Source of the DNA: an uncultured Methanosarcinales archaeon
Lineage (GTDB): Archaea; Nanobdellota; Nanobdellia; Woesearchaeales; WJKL01
Direction of reading: 5' to 3'
NCBI GenBank assembly: GCA_964521755.1
Contig: CAZFSZ010000003.1
Span: 1-63,617 of the forward strand
Length of the DNA stretch: 63,617 bases
Shown here: positions 46,401 to 54,872 of the stretch, piece by piece
Numbering within the stretch: position 1 is the first letter of the stretch
How the letters are laid out: every line of letters begins with the position of its first letter
Made by a program: the position numbers and the translations under genes
Notes under the pieces: model-generated
What the model saw: the letters and a program-made list of their open reading frames with translations, nothing else
Database searches by the model: none
Told to the model about the DNA's origin: nothing

Positions 46401-47910
46401 TAGTCTGCCCAGTGCCGGCCATACAGCTGAGGTTCATCTTTGATTTTTTTACTGTTCCGTCTTTGTTAAAAAGAGTGAATTTTGCATCCTGACCTCCAAG
46501 TTCAAAGATTGTATCAACATTCTTGTTAAAATGCTTTACTCCAAATGCATGGCAGGTAATCTCATCTTTTACAATATCAATACATTTTTTCTCAGGATTT
46601 TTCTTTAAATCAGTGAAAAGCTTGTGATAAAAAGCACCAGAACTTCCTGTATAAGCAGTCCCTTTTATCTCTATCTTATCTCTAAGAAATTCTCTTATCT
46701 GCCTGAACATCTCCTGTGCAGTCTGCAGAGGCTTTCCGTTTGTATAAAGGCATATCTCAGCGATTATCTTTAAGTTATCAGCATCTGCGATTATAGCCTT
46801 TGTTGTTGTGCTTCCTCCATCCACCCCTATCAGCACATCTTTTTCAGGCTCATTATATATAGTAAGGTCATCTTTCTTTGCAATAGCATACTCTTCTTCA
46901 TATATCTTTACTTTATCTAAAGCAGAGGACAACGGAGGGGCTGTCTTTATCTTTTCTTTTTCAGCTTTAGCAATAGAGCCTAACCTTTCTATATCTAATA
47001 TTTTCTCAGTTCCTTTTGCCTTTACAGCAGCACCGATAGCTCCAACTTTTTTATAATTTTCAGGAACTGAGATTTCAACTCCAAGCTCTTTCTCAAGCAT
47101 ATCAACAAAAAATCTGTTTCCAAAAACCCCCCCTGTTGCAGCTGCTTTTTTGTTTTTGTCCAAAAATCTTGTTTTGATAACATCGCTTTTATAGTTCTTT
47201 GCGATCCTTAAAAACATCCCTTTGAGAATATTCTTTATCTGTTCTCCGCTGTTCTGAAGGTGTATCATATCTGACTGTACAACAACTCCGCATCTTCCTC
47301 CTACATCTATGTCTTTGTCTGATTTGGATATCTCTTCTTCAGTTCTTTTGAACATCTTGATCAGGTTTTCCTGAAGCGCTTTTCTGTTGTCTTTCCTGTT
47401 CTCTCCTATCTTCCCTTTTTCTAGAAATTCGTTTTCAAAAAATCTTCTGCACTGCTTTGTTATCAATATTCCAGATCCTCCTCCGCATTTTGTTCCGGTT
47501 CCATGATCAGGCACAAAACTTTTGTATCCATCTTCTGTCTTTACTTTTTCTCTTTCAAAGAAATAAGGGTCTTTTGCTCCTATATGAAAAATATAATCAG
47601 CATCTTCTGCTGCTATCCCTGCTCCAGCAGGTATCGCAATAGTGTCATGAAAAAAAGGCATTTCTGTTTTTTCAGCTATAAACTCTCCAACACTGCCTGT
47701 AAATGCAGTTGTAGCTATCTTTCTTCCATACTTTGAGATTATATCTTCATAGATATCCTTCAAAGCCTCGATAGGATTTCCAAAATGCATCACTGATTCA
47801 GACGAATATATTATCTTTCCTTTTTCATCTAAAACAACAGCATGAACAGAATCACTGCCCGCATCAAATCCTGCAGTATATTTGTTAATACCCATAACTA
47901 AAGAAACCAT
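43441..47910 (-). CDS. fusion of two BcrAD/BadFG-type activase ATPase domains with DUF2229 and HgdB-like (2-hydroxyacyl-CoA dehydratase-like) domains
   Basis: ASKHA phosphate-1 motifs GFDAGSDSVHA and GVDGGSTTTKA. Cluster-Cys contexts GTKCGGGSG/GRCGVVVQSD and SCMAGTGQT/ETCGVFTEAG. The C-terminal half is rich in conserved-looking Cys (ETCYPIK, NCGTDS, NTCRPF, GPFGCMQE). Confidence 0.78.
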   Translation of the reverse strand: MVSLVMGINKYTAGFDAGSDSVHAVVLDEKGKIIYSSESVMHFGNPIEALKDIYEDIISKYGRKIATTAFTGSVGEFIAEKTEMPFFHDTIAIPAGAGIAAEDADYIFHIGAKDPYFFEREKVKTEDGYKSFVPDHGTGTKCGGGSGILITKQCRRFFENEFLEKGKIGENRKDNRKALQENLIKMFKRTEEEISKSDKDIDVGGRCGVVVQSDMIHLQNSGEQIKNILKGMFLRIAKNYKSDVIKTRFLDKNKKAAATGGVFGNRFFVDMLEKELGVEISVPENYKKVGAIGAAVKAKGTEKILDIERLGSIAKAEKEKIKTAPPLSSALDKVKIYEEEYAIAKKDDLTIYNEPEKDVLIGVDGGSTTTKAIIADADNLKIIAEICLYTNGKPLQTAQEMFRQIREFLRDKIEIKGTAYTGSSGAFYHKLFTDLKKNPEKKCIDIVKDEITCHAFGVKHFNKNVDTIFELGGQDAKFTLFNKDGTVKKSKMNLSCMAGTGQTMHNMVEMVGLDIKTTFHEYALKAKKTPVVDETCGVFTEAGISKLIAMGFPKEEIAAAIAFGFMGGYVNKFVGNEKFGDYASAQGGPFNGKSCLAALALHSGMEIHAFPHRQLFGALGAVIAVYDEIERLKKEDISFESKFRGLDIADMKFEKKIENCSRIVDDTCGVRDCKLQVYKIGDDVIYSGGLCPKGNTSTYVKKTLNYVEMYKKILNKHLEKYSINLEENKEGNERILIPRSLTFLNEKGVFYTALYNKLGFDIGISPESDDEIANLGINHAHPETCYPIKLAYGHCAYLKRYLRKGRNKIFLVNTIGSGKKKYRFCPYVGGSGFLIKDALSLDNDDVLLPVINFDDPDNKIEKDILNDLNRVFDKRFSIEKVKKAVEDAKKAEKEFLEKVYSTGKKLVDNLKEKGEKIFIGIGRGYTILDDKASSKVHELFASYGLHFIPSFFLKAPEIDLSKIADNMYWYQGQSMIKYNLMTAMDPLMYPVRETNFNCGTDSLLLYHEEEIINKAEKPYLVLQTDGHNSNAQFGTRTLANWEVVKKHTPKKVEICDFYNNIPEAEMKNRIIGIPYMGDDSNVLAASFRARGFNSEVMPTRTEKSQEMARKFVSTNTCRPFSFQVGDHLAWLYGLSKKGIDPNKKAAVFEPQTKGPCRQGQYHVMMRKFFDKNGFKDVPVISPDCEVDYTNVPVSKLELAKLSALFYKGSFCSDILYDMLLRTRPYEKERKLADKEYEKLKKKLYKIVEKGGKTKELREFMKNAAENFENIIDKSIERKPVVVMNGEIFVRCHEMANQASIRLLEKYGLEVILGMPSQWLEYVNKDSIEKYKERKDWKGYVASVLKGRYMKGLNERLYAPVSDFLEGRKPHDPKSMINNAQKELVYEKRVGGESVLSISETYLFSKGKLNDICGIYHVGPFGCMQETLATSKIQSIIQNKRLKAKTKDEKIIPFMDAVFGESELPNLEAEIAAFAEKCYLKKEMNKKNTK

Positions 47911-47931
47911 TAAAAGATTCTTTAAAAACTT

Positions 47932-48951
47932 TTAGCTTTTCATCAGTTTGATCAATTTCTTTTCTTCAATATCACTTCTTATAGAATTATCTGCAAAATG
48001 AGTCAATGCAACTTTATAGCCTTTTTTCTTTATTTTCTTAATCAATACATCCTGTTTTATCATCTCTAATTTGTTCTTCTTGCATATTTTCGGCAGATTA
48101 TAGAATCCAACAACAGGAATTTTGCTTTCCCTTTTTATTATATCTAAAAATTTATCATTTCCCAGCTTCGCAACTGCAGAAGCAAGCTTTTTACCCCGCA
48201 ACTGCCCAAGCCATAAAGGTCCGGCATCATTAAACATCCCGTGCTTCTCAATAATCTTGTCAACCTTCTGCTTTCCCTTTTCACATCTGAAAAATATCCT
48301 GTAATAATGATCCTTAAAATATGAATATATTGGAGTTAAAGCTTTGTCATGATCTGCCCCTATCAGCTGCACCTTCCTGATCAATATCCTCAACCCGTTT
48401 TCATGCATTGTTGAATTTTTTTGAGGAACAGCCCAGTACTTTCTTTTACATGCATTTACAAAACTTCCAGCCAGACAGCCGGTATCTGTTGCAGTAACAG
48501 CTAAAATTCCGTTTCTTCCCAGCCTTTTAATTGCAGAATCTAAAAACACATTTGGACTCCCAAAAGGATCAACATCGACATAATCAAACCCCTTGCTTTC
48601 CAAGATAAACATATTTGCATCTTTGTTAAAGACTCTTGCCCTACTCTTCACCTTGTTCTTATTTAGATTTTCCTTGATAACTTTAACAGCTTCTTTGTCA
48701 ATATCATTTATCCATAATTCTTTAATCTTTGATTTAGGCAGTTCTTTCAAAAATCTAACAGCCCTAACTCCACTCCCTCCCAAAGGCAGTCCAATTGTCA
48801 TCTTTTTATTATCAATAGCTTTCAAGACTAAAACAGAAACAGTCCTGTTAAACTCCATAACTGGATTGTAAAAAACAGGAAGTTCTTTTGAAATCTTCAT
48901 CTCTTTAGGAACTTTAATCTTTACTTTGCCTTCTGTAATTATTTTATACAT
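47932..48951 (-). CDS. trm1: tRNA (guanine26-N2)-dimethyltransferase
   Basis: FYNPVMEFNRTVSV and DVDPFGSPNVFLDSA. Confidence 0.85.
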   Translation of the reverse strand: MYKIITEGKVKIKVPKEMKISKELPVFYNPVMEFNRTVSVLVLKAIDNKKMTIGLPLGGSGVRAVRFLKELPKSKIKELWINDIDKEAVKVIKENLNKNKVKSRARVFNKDANMFILESKGFDYVDVDPFGSPNVFLDSAIKRLGRNGILAVTATDTGCLAGSFVNACKRKYWAVPQKNSTMHENGLRILIRKVQLIGADHDKALTPIYSYFKDHYYRIFFRCEKGKQKVDKIIEKHGMFNDAGPLWLGQLRGKKLASAVAKLGNDKFLDIIKRESKIPVVGFYNLPKICKKNKLEMIKQDVLIKKIKKKGYKVALTHFADNSIRSDIEEKKLIKLMKS

Positions 48952-48974
48952 CTTATTAAAAAACTGATCAAATC

Positions 48975-48982
48975 AATATAAA
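48975..48982 (-). promoter_or_regulatory. TATA box (TTTATATT) for trm1
   Basis: 24-31 nt upstream of the ATG at 48951. Confidence 0.4.
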
Positions 48983-49170
48983 CCTTTCTTTTCCGACAGA
49001 TTTTTAAACCATCTTCCTCTCCTTTTTCTGTGATAAAAAATGCCCATAATTCTTTATTTCTAGACCACAGGTCACTGGACATTTACCCCCGTAAGATATT
49101 TAAGTGTTAGAATCTTATTTTTCTTTAAGATTTCTTCATTGAAATCCAATAAGCTCTCTGGTGATTTCAG

Positions 49171-50373
49171 ATGAATTCAAATATTCAGAAAAAATTAAAG
49201 CATTCTAAAAAAATAGATTTTACAGATAGTCCTTTCTCTAAAATTATATCCAATAAAAAGCATATTTCAAATATAATAAATATCGCTTCTAGAAAAATTA
49301 ACACAAAATTAAATACTCCAATTGCAAAAGGAATTAATATTGAATTAAGAACTTGGAAAAAATTTATTCAGGGAAAGTATATCAAATCTTTATCTTATGA
49401 TAGAATAAATAACTTTTGCAATATTTCCATAAATAGTGCTAGAAAAGGTATATATCTAATAGATGATATAAGAAATCCAAATCTTCCACTAAATTTTGAT
49501 TCAAAAGAAGGAGCAAGATTAGATGCAGGAATAATTAACGAAGGTAGGATGAGAGACAGGATAATAGAATATACCAATAAAGACAAAGAAGTATTAAATA
49601 AAATTTTAAAATACAGTAAAAAACTTTTAGGAAATAATTTTTCCCCCAATATTAGAATTGATAGGAGAGATAGCACACGATGCATCTCTTTTCCACCAAT
49701 TTTTGCAAAACATTATTCTAAATTAGGTTTTACAAAACAGAACAAAAGTTCAGCCCCAATTCATATTCCTCAATATATCTTAGATAATGAAGATTATCAA
49801 AAGATATGGTGGCAGGGAAACTTAAGCGAAGAAGCATCCATACATTATCTAATTCATAAAAATAAAAAACTCAAAAATACTTTCTATATAACTCCAAGAA
49901 TTCAATTGAATAGAGTAAAATCCGTAAAATTAAATTTATCTAATCTTAATAAAGAAACTACTTATTATCAAAAAGATTTACCCAAAAGCATTGTAACATC
50001 ATTGAAAATGAATCCTTTAAGATTGATGCTTGATGAAGCTAGCATATTAAATACATTTGATATCCAGACTCAACCATATTTTTCTAAACTTTATGTAAAT
50101 AAATTAAATCAGACAACTGCCACATATACTATCTTGCTTTATAAACTTGAAGACATAGAAAAATACATCACTAACATTGGATTTGAACTAAAAAGACATA
50201 AAAAACAGACAGAAATTTTATTTAATAGCCGAGGCAGACATAACCTAGGTGAAATAAGAGATATTTTAATAAAATTTTATAAATTGACACCAAAATACTT
50301 AAGAGGGATCAAAAAGATAAGGTTTAATAAGTGGTTATCTTTTGAAGATAAAAAAGAATTACTAAAAAAATAA
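49171..50373 (+). CDS. free-standing HTH plus double LAGLIDADG-like domain protein
   Basis: Motif-1-like GARLDAGIINEG and motif-2-like IPQYILDNEDYQKIWWQGNLSEEASI. The latter is colinear with IPQKILQSNNEIIASFLKGIFDAEGYV of the aRF1 intein in this window. The N-terminal IAKGINIELRTWKKFIQGK segment is HTH-like. No Hint splicing blocks. GGTGAT SD at 49160-49165. Confidence 0.5.
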   Translation: MNSNIQKKLKHSKKIDFTDSPFSKIISNKKHISNIINIASRKINTKLNTPIAKGINIELRTWKKFIQGKYIKSLSYDRINNFCNISINSARKGIYLIDDIRNPNLPLNFDSKEGARLDAGIINEGRMRDRIIEYTNKDKEVLNKILKYSKKLLGNNFSPNIRIDRRDSTRCISFPPIFAKHYSKLGFTKQNKSSAPIHIPQYILDNEDYQKIWWQGNLSEEASIHYLIHKNKKLKNTFYITPRIQLNRVKSVKLNLSNLNKETTYYQKDLPKSIVTSLKMNPLRLMLDEASILNTFDIQTQPYFSKLYVNKLNQTTATYTILLYKLEDIEKYITNIGFELKRHKKQTEILFNSRGRHNLGEIRDILIKFYKLTPKYLRGIKKIRFNKWLSFEDKKELLKK

Positions 50374-50374
50374 A

Positions 50375-52147
50375 ATGATTAGACAACCAATAGTAGTTTT
50401 TATGGGGCATGTGGATTCAGGAAAAACAAGTTTACAAGATTTTATTAGGCATACCTCTGTCGCAAAAGCAGAAGCAGGAGCGATTACGCAGGCTATCGGA
50501 GCATCCATAATCCCTCTAGAAACAATAAAAAAAGTTGCAGGTCCATTATTAGATAAATTGAATATAGACCTTACAATTCCAGGACTTTTAACTGTAGATT
50601 CACCAGGACACGCAGCATTCACAAACATAAGAAAACGAGGAGGAAACTTAGCAGATATCGCAATTGTCGTTATTGACATCAATGAAGGTATCATGCCTCA
50701 GACAAAAGAAGCTATTGAAATTCTAAAAACATACAAAACCCCTTTTATAATCGCTTTGAACAAGATTGACCTCATCAAAGGATACAAAAAAACAGAAGGC
50801 CCTTTACTGAAGAAGATAGAATCCCAGGATGATGCAGTAAAAAAACATATAGAGACAAAACTTTACGAGATTGTAGGAGAACTCCATGAGATGGAATTTG
50901 AATCAGAGCGTTTTGACAGGGTAAATGATTATACAAAACAGATCGCATTGGTTCCGACATCTGCAGAGACGGGAGCAGGAATTCCAGAATTATTGATGGT
51001 CATGACAGGTCTTGCCCAAAGATATCTTGGAGACAAGCTGGAATGTGACAGCAAAGCACCTGCAAGAGGGATAATACTTGAGATAAAAGAAGAAAAAGGC
51101 CTTGGAAAAACTCTTGATGTTATTTTATACGATGGCTGTCTAAAGATAAAAGATACTTTTGTAATCGGTTCGTTGGGAGAACCAATAGTCACAAAGGTCA
51201 AGGCATTGATGCAGCCCTCTCCGCTTCAGGAGATGAGAGACAAGAAAACAAAATTCAAGGCAGTTAAAGAGGTTACCGCAGCTACAGGAGTAAAGATTTC
51301 TGCAAAAGAGATTGATGATGCAGTTGCAGGTATGCCTGTCCACTCTGCATATGAAAATAATATAGAAGAGATAAAAGAAAAGGTTCAGAAAGAAGTAAAA
51401 GAAGTTCTTATCCAGACAGACAAGGAAGGGATAATTGTAAAAGCAGATACTCTTGGAAGCCTTGAAGCAGTTGACAATCTCTTAAAAGAAAAAGATATCT
51501 CCATAAGAAAAGCCACAATAGGAGATATAACAAAAAAAGATCTGACTGAAGCAGAGTCGATGTATGAGACAGACCCGCTTCAGACAGTGGTTCTCGGATT
51601 TAATGTCAAGGTATCTCCAAAAGCAAAACCTTTTGTTAAATCATCAAAAGCAAAAGTCATCACAGATGATGTAATCTATAAGATAATAGAAAACCTAGAA
51701 AAATGGCAGGAAGCAGAGAAGAAAAGACAGGAAGCAAAACAGCTTGAAGGAATAACAAAACCCTGCAGAATCAAGATGCTTGGAAAGGGTTACATATTCA
51801 GGCAGAACAATCCCGCTGTTTTTGGGGTTGATATTCTTGAAGGAGAGCTCAAAGCAGGAACCCCTTTGATGAAAGAAGACGGTTCCAAGGTAGGCATAGT
51901 AAAATCAATACAATTAGAGCAGGAAACCATAGAAAAAGCAGAAAAAGGAAAACAGGTTGCTGTTTCTGTTCCAGGCATAACCATTGGCAGGCAGATAGAA
52001 GAAACAGACACATTCCTCTCTGATATTCCAGAGGAAGATTTCAGAAAAGCAAAAAAACTAAAAGAACATCTTTCACAGGAAGAAAAAAAATTATTAAAAA
52101 AAATAGCTGAGATCAAAAGAAAAGAAAACCCTGTTTGGGGAATTTAA
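50375..52147 (+). CDS. infB: translation initiation factor aIF5B (IF2 homologue)
   Basis: G1 GHVDSGKT, G3 DSPGH, G4 NKID. 590 aa, no intein. Confidence 0.93.
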   Translation: MIRQPIVVFMGHVDSGKTSLQDFIRHTSVAKAEAGAITQAIGASIIPLETIKKVAGPLLDKLNIDLTIPGLLTVDSPGHAAFTNIRKRGGNLADIAIVVIDINEGIMPQTKEAIEILKTYKTPFIIALNKIDLIKGYKKTEGPLLKKIESQDDAVKKHIETKLYEIVGELHEMEFESERFDRVNDYTKQIALVPTSAETGAGIPELLMVMTGLAQRYLGDKLECDSKAPARGIILEIKEEKGLGKTLDVILYDGCLKIKDTFVIGSLGEPIVTKVKALMQPSPLQEMRDKKTKFKAVKEVTAATGVKISAKEIDDAVAGMPVHSAYENNIEEIKEKVQKEVKEVLIQTDKEGIIVKADTLGSLEAVDNLLKEKDISIRKATIGDITKKDLTEAESMYETDPLQTVVLGFNVKVSPKAKPFVKSSKAKVITDDVIYKIIENLEKWQEAEKKRQEAKQLEGITKPCRIKMLGKGYIFRQNNPAVFGVDILEGELKAGTPLMKEDGSKVGIVKSIQLEQETIEKAEKGKQVAVSVPGITIGRQIEETDTFLSDIPEEDFRKAKKLKEHLSQEEKKLLKKIAEIKRKENPVWGI

Positions 52148-52157
52148 TTCTTATCTA

Positions 52158-52415
52158 TTATTTTAGCAGTTCATCCATTGATTTTTTCGATTTGCCTTTT
52201 CCTTTGCTTTTTTTAACAGCTTCTTTTGCAGCCTTTTCTAGATCTACTCCTAAATCCTTCAGTTCCTTTATATGCATCTGCATCAGCTGCTCTACTACAT
52301 TTAATATCTTCTGCATCTCTTCTCTTTCTTTTGCTAAAGTAGCCAAAGCGCCTTTGTGAAATCCGATTCTTTCTTCTTCTGAAGCTTCTTTGTTTTTCTT
52401 TGCCATAATAATCAC
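52158..52415 (-). CDS. small K/E-rich coiled-coil protein
   Basis: An 85-aa ORF convergent with infB. No motif. The start may be MAKKNKE at 52406. Confidence 0.35.
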   Translation of the reverse strand: MIIMAKKNKEASEEERIGFHKGALATLAKEREEMQKILNVVEQLMQMHIKELKDLGVDLEKAAKEAVKKSKGKGKSKKSMDELLK

Positions 52416-52448
52416 CTTTTATCTAAAATTTTCTTTCACTATATAAAC

Positions 52449-53282
52449 CTAACCCATATGCAGTTCAACAATATCATCATTTTTTAACTTGTGGTCAATG
52501 CCTACTCTCTGCCCGTCATGGGTGGCTGATTTTCCCCATACTCTTGCAAACCTAAACTTCTTGATAAAATCCTTGTGAACATGCTCAGCCATATCCTCTA
52601 TAGTGCTTCCTTTTTCAATCGCAAATGGGGGATAGCTCGGTTCTTTTCCAGGCTCTTTTGTATATACCTTTATTGTATCCAGGCTTCTCCATATATCTTT
52701 CTTTATATCGTTGTTTTCATTATATATTATCTGCTTTGCATTTATATCATCAAGCTCTTTTCTAAGCACTTCATATTCTTCTGTATTCTTGAAAAGAAGC
52801 ACAACCAGATCAGCCTGATTTATTATTCCCAGATATGCTTTTCCATTTTCAGTTTCTGAAAAATTATCAACTATCGCCGGAATCTCCACCATCTGAAGCT
52901 TAATTCCCTTGTAATCCATCATTCCGATCTCAGGCTTTGCAGTGGTATATGGATAGTCTGCAACCTCTGCACCAGCCCCTGTTAATTTGTTCAGTAATGT
53001 GCTCTTTCCTGAATTGGGCGTCCCAACCAAAACAATTTGGGCTGCACCTTCTTTTGGGACAGTTATCCCTCCTCTGCCTTTCTTTTGCTCAGCCTCTTTT
53101 TTCTGTTTTTCTTTTAATTTAGAAATCTTTGTCTTTATCTCCTGCCTTAGCTTTTCAGCTCCTTTGTGGGTTGGAGCTGTACTTAACATCTTCTTCAGAG
53201 CCCTGAGTTTCTCTTCAGTGGTGCTTGCTCTGGTATATTCCATCTCAGCAGCTGAATACTCAGCTGTTACATTTGTTGGCAT
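52449..53282 (-). CDS. DRG/Obg-like GTP-binding protein with a C-terminal TGS domain
   Basis: GTPNSGKST (G1), DYPYTT (G2) and a C-terminal TGS-like end (GQRVGIDHKLKNDDIVELH). Start set at MPTNV (53282), supported by the TATA spacing. Confidence 0.78.
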   Translation of the reverse strand: MPTNVTAEYSAAEMEYTRASTTEEKLRALKKMLSTAPTHKGAEKLRQEIKTKISKLKEKQKKEAEQKKGRGGITVPKEGAAQIVLVGTPNSGKSTLLNKLTGAGAEVADYPYTTAKPEIGMMDYKGIKLQMVEIPAIVDNFSETENGKAYLGIINQADLVVLLFKNTEEYEVLRKELDDINAKQIIYNENNDIKKDIWRSLDTIKVYTKEPGKEPSYPPFAIEKGSTIEDMAEHVHKDFIKKFRFARVWGKSATHDGQRVGIDHKLKNDDIVELHMG

Positions 53283-53307
53283 CTTATAAAAACACAATTG
53301 CGGAAGA

Positions 53308-53315
53308 TTTATAAA
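53308..53315. promoter_or_regulatory. single palindromic TATA box (TTTATAAA) shared by divergent DRG and MscS genes
   Basis: Lies 26-33 nt from the ATG at 53282 (minus strand) and 23-30 nt from the ATG at 53338 (plus strand), inside a 55-nt spacer. Confidence 0.45.
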
Positions 53316-53337
53316 TATATTCCTTAATATTAACAGC

Positions 53338-53898
53338 ATGTCCAATCTAATAAACCAAACTACTGTTTATCTTGATGTTGTTTTTTCTCAGCTTTTCACT
53401 AAACTAATAGTTGCAGTTATCATACTTCTTATTGGATTTGTCATCGCAAGAATAGCTGGAAAACTGACCCAAAAGATACTTCATGAGATAGAGCTTAACA
53501 ACATCCTCAAAAAAGCAGGAGTAAAGATGGAATTGGAGGATATATTGAGCAACCTTGCAACTTATTTGATTTACTTCTTCACTATAATCTGGGCTCTAAA
53601 TTCTATGGGTTTAACCACAACTATCCTGAACATGGTCTCAGCAGCATTCCTTGTCTTGATAATAATATCAATAATCCTGGCTGTAAAAGACTTTTTTCCA
53701 AATATGATTGCAGGACTATTCATTTATAGAAAAGGCCTGATAAAAATAGGAGACAATGTAAAGATAGACAACATCAGGGGAACAGTAAAAAAGATAACTT
53801 TGATAGAGACAGAAGTAAAGACAAGCTCAGGAGACACTATCTATATTCCAAACTCAAATATAACTAAGAAAGAGATTTTAGTTAAGAAAAAGAAATAA
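53338..53898 (+). CDS. small-conductance mechanosensitive channel (MscS family, short form)
   Basis: Three TM helices followed by a beta domain IGDNVKIDNIRGTVKKITLIETEVKTSSGDTIYIPNSNI. Confidence 0.7.
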   Translation: MSNLINQTTVYLDVVFSQLFTKLIVAVIILLIGFVIARIAGKLTQKILHEIELNNILKKAGVKMELEDILSNLATYLIYFFTIIWALNSMGLTTTILNMVSAAFLVLIIISIILAVKDFFPNMIAGLFIYRKGLIKIGDNVKIDNIRGTVKKITLIETEVKTSSGDTIYIPNSNITKKEILVKKKK

Positions 53899-53917
53899 AA
53901 TTTGATATATTTAAAAC

Positions 53918-54175
53918 TTAAGCTATTTTCTCTAACACACTAACAATGTTCCATATCTGTGTTCTGATATAAGGCTGCAGGTTCGGGTCATCTGCAATTT
54001 CTTCAAGTTCATGCAGAGCCTTGTTAACTCTTATAGAAACTTCTTTGTCTTCTTCCAGCGAAATTACAGTCACTACTATCCTTTCTTTTACATTTCTTGG
54101 AACAGAATCTTCTTCAAGTTCTTTCAAAATAGAAATAACACTCTGGATCTGTTTTTCTGTATCCATCTTGATCAC
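53918..54175 (-). CDS. UPF0147-like small helical protein
   Basis: 85 aa with the VPRNVKERI motif. A 4-nt overlap with prefoldin beta. Confidence 0.5.
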   Translation of the reverse strand: MIKMDTEKQIQSVISILKELEEDSVPRNVKERIVVTVISLEEDKEVSIRVNKALHELEEIADDPNLQPYIRTQIWNIVSVLEKIA

Positions 54176-54513
54176 TTCTTCTTTTCTTTTTCGGGATTTA
54201 GATTCTTCATAACTTCAGACCGCATAGAGCTTGCCTTTTCTTTCATTTCTTTTTCCTGCTTTTCCAGAGTTTTTATCCTAAGCTCAAGCATCTCTTTCTT
54301 TTCAGTAAGATCATTTTTCAAATCTTCCTTGTCAGCGCTTACCATTATATTTCCGACTATTTTGAAAGTTTCTTTGCTTTTTTCCATCTCTTTCAATGCA
54401 GACTCAACTTCCACCAGCCGGGTCTGTATCTGCTGTTTTTGGGCAAGAAAACTCTGCATTCCCTGTTCAATCATCTGCAATTTTTGAATCTTTTCCTGTG
54501 TTTTTTCATCCAT
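54172..54513 (-). CDS. pfdB: prefoldin subunit beta
   Basis: 113 aa, two coiled-coil arms around a beta hairpin (KIVGNIMV). Confidence 0.85.
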   Translation of the reverse strand: MDEKTQEKIQKLQMIEQGMQSFLAQKQQIQTRLVEVESALKEMEKSKETFKIVGNIMVSADKEDLKNDLTEKKEMLELRIKTLEKQEKEMKEKASSMRSEVMKNLNPEKEKKK

Positions 54514-54514
54514 T

Positions 54515-54736
54515 TTAAATCTTGTTTAATTTTTCATAAACAGTTATCAGTTTTGTAATTCCGTTCATTGTTGCTCTCAATGCAACCGAATCCTCGGCTT
54601 TAATCTCAAACAACAAATAATCTTTTTTCTTTTTAATCTCAAAATTGGATCTTTTTTTATCAGCTAATTCCGGCTTAAAACATGAGTAAAGTCTTTCCGG
54701 ATCCCCGTAAACCTTTATTTCAGCAGCCAACTTCAT
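54515..54736 (-). CDS. pcc1: KEOPS subunit Pcc1-like protein
   Basis: 73 aa with DSVALRATMNGITKLITV. It sits in the conserved archaeal position between rpoP/rpl37ae and prefoldin beta. Confidence 0.6.
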   Translation of the reverse strand: MKLAAEIKVYGDPERLYSCFKPELADKKRSNFEIKKKKDYLLFEIKAEDSVALRATMNGITKLITVYEKLNKI

Positions 54737-54870
54737 CTTGCTTTAACTTTGGTTGTTTCTGTTCTTGACTTGAACAGCATCTTGCTTCCGCAATAAGGGC
54801 ATCTGACTCTCTTTCTCAAATATTCAGCAGCAACTCTTTTGTTGCAGTTAAAACATTTATAGCTTACCAT
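54733..54870 (-). CDS. rpoP: DNA-directed RNA polymerase subunit P (Rpo12)
   Basis: My translation: MVSYKCFNCNKRVAAEYLRKRVRCPYCGSKMLFKSRTETTKVKAR, a CxxC...CxxC zinc ribbon. ATGA overlap with pcc1. Below the ORF-track cutoff. Confidence 0.8.
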   Translation of the reverse strand: MVSYKCFNCNKRVAAEYLRKRVRCPYCGSKMLFKSRTETTKVKAR

Positions 54871-54872
54871 TT

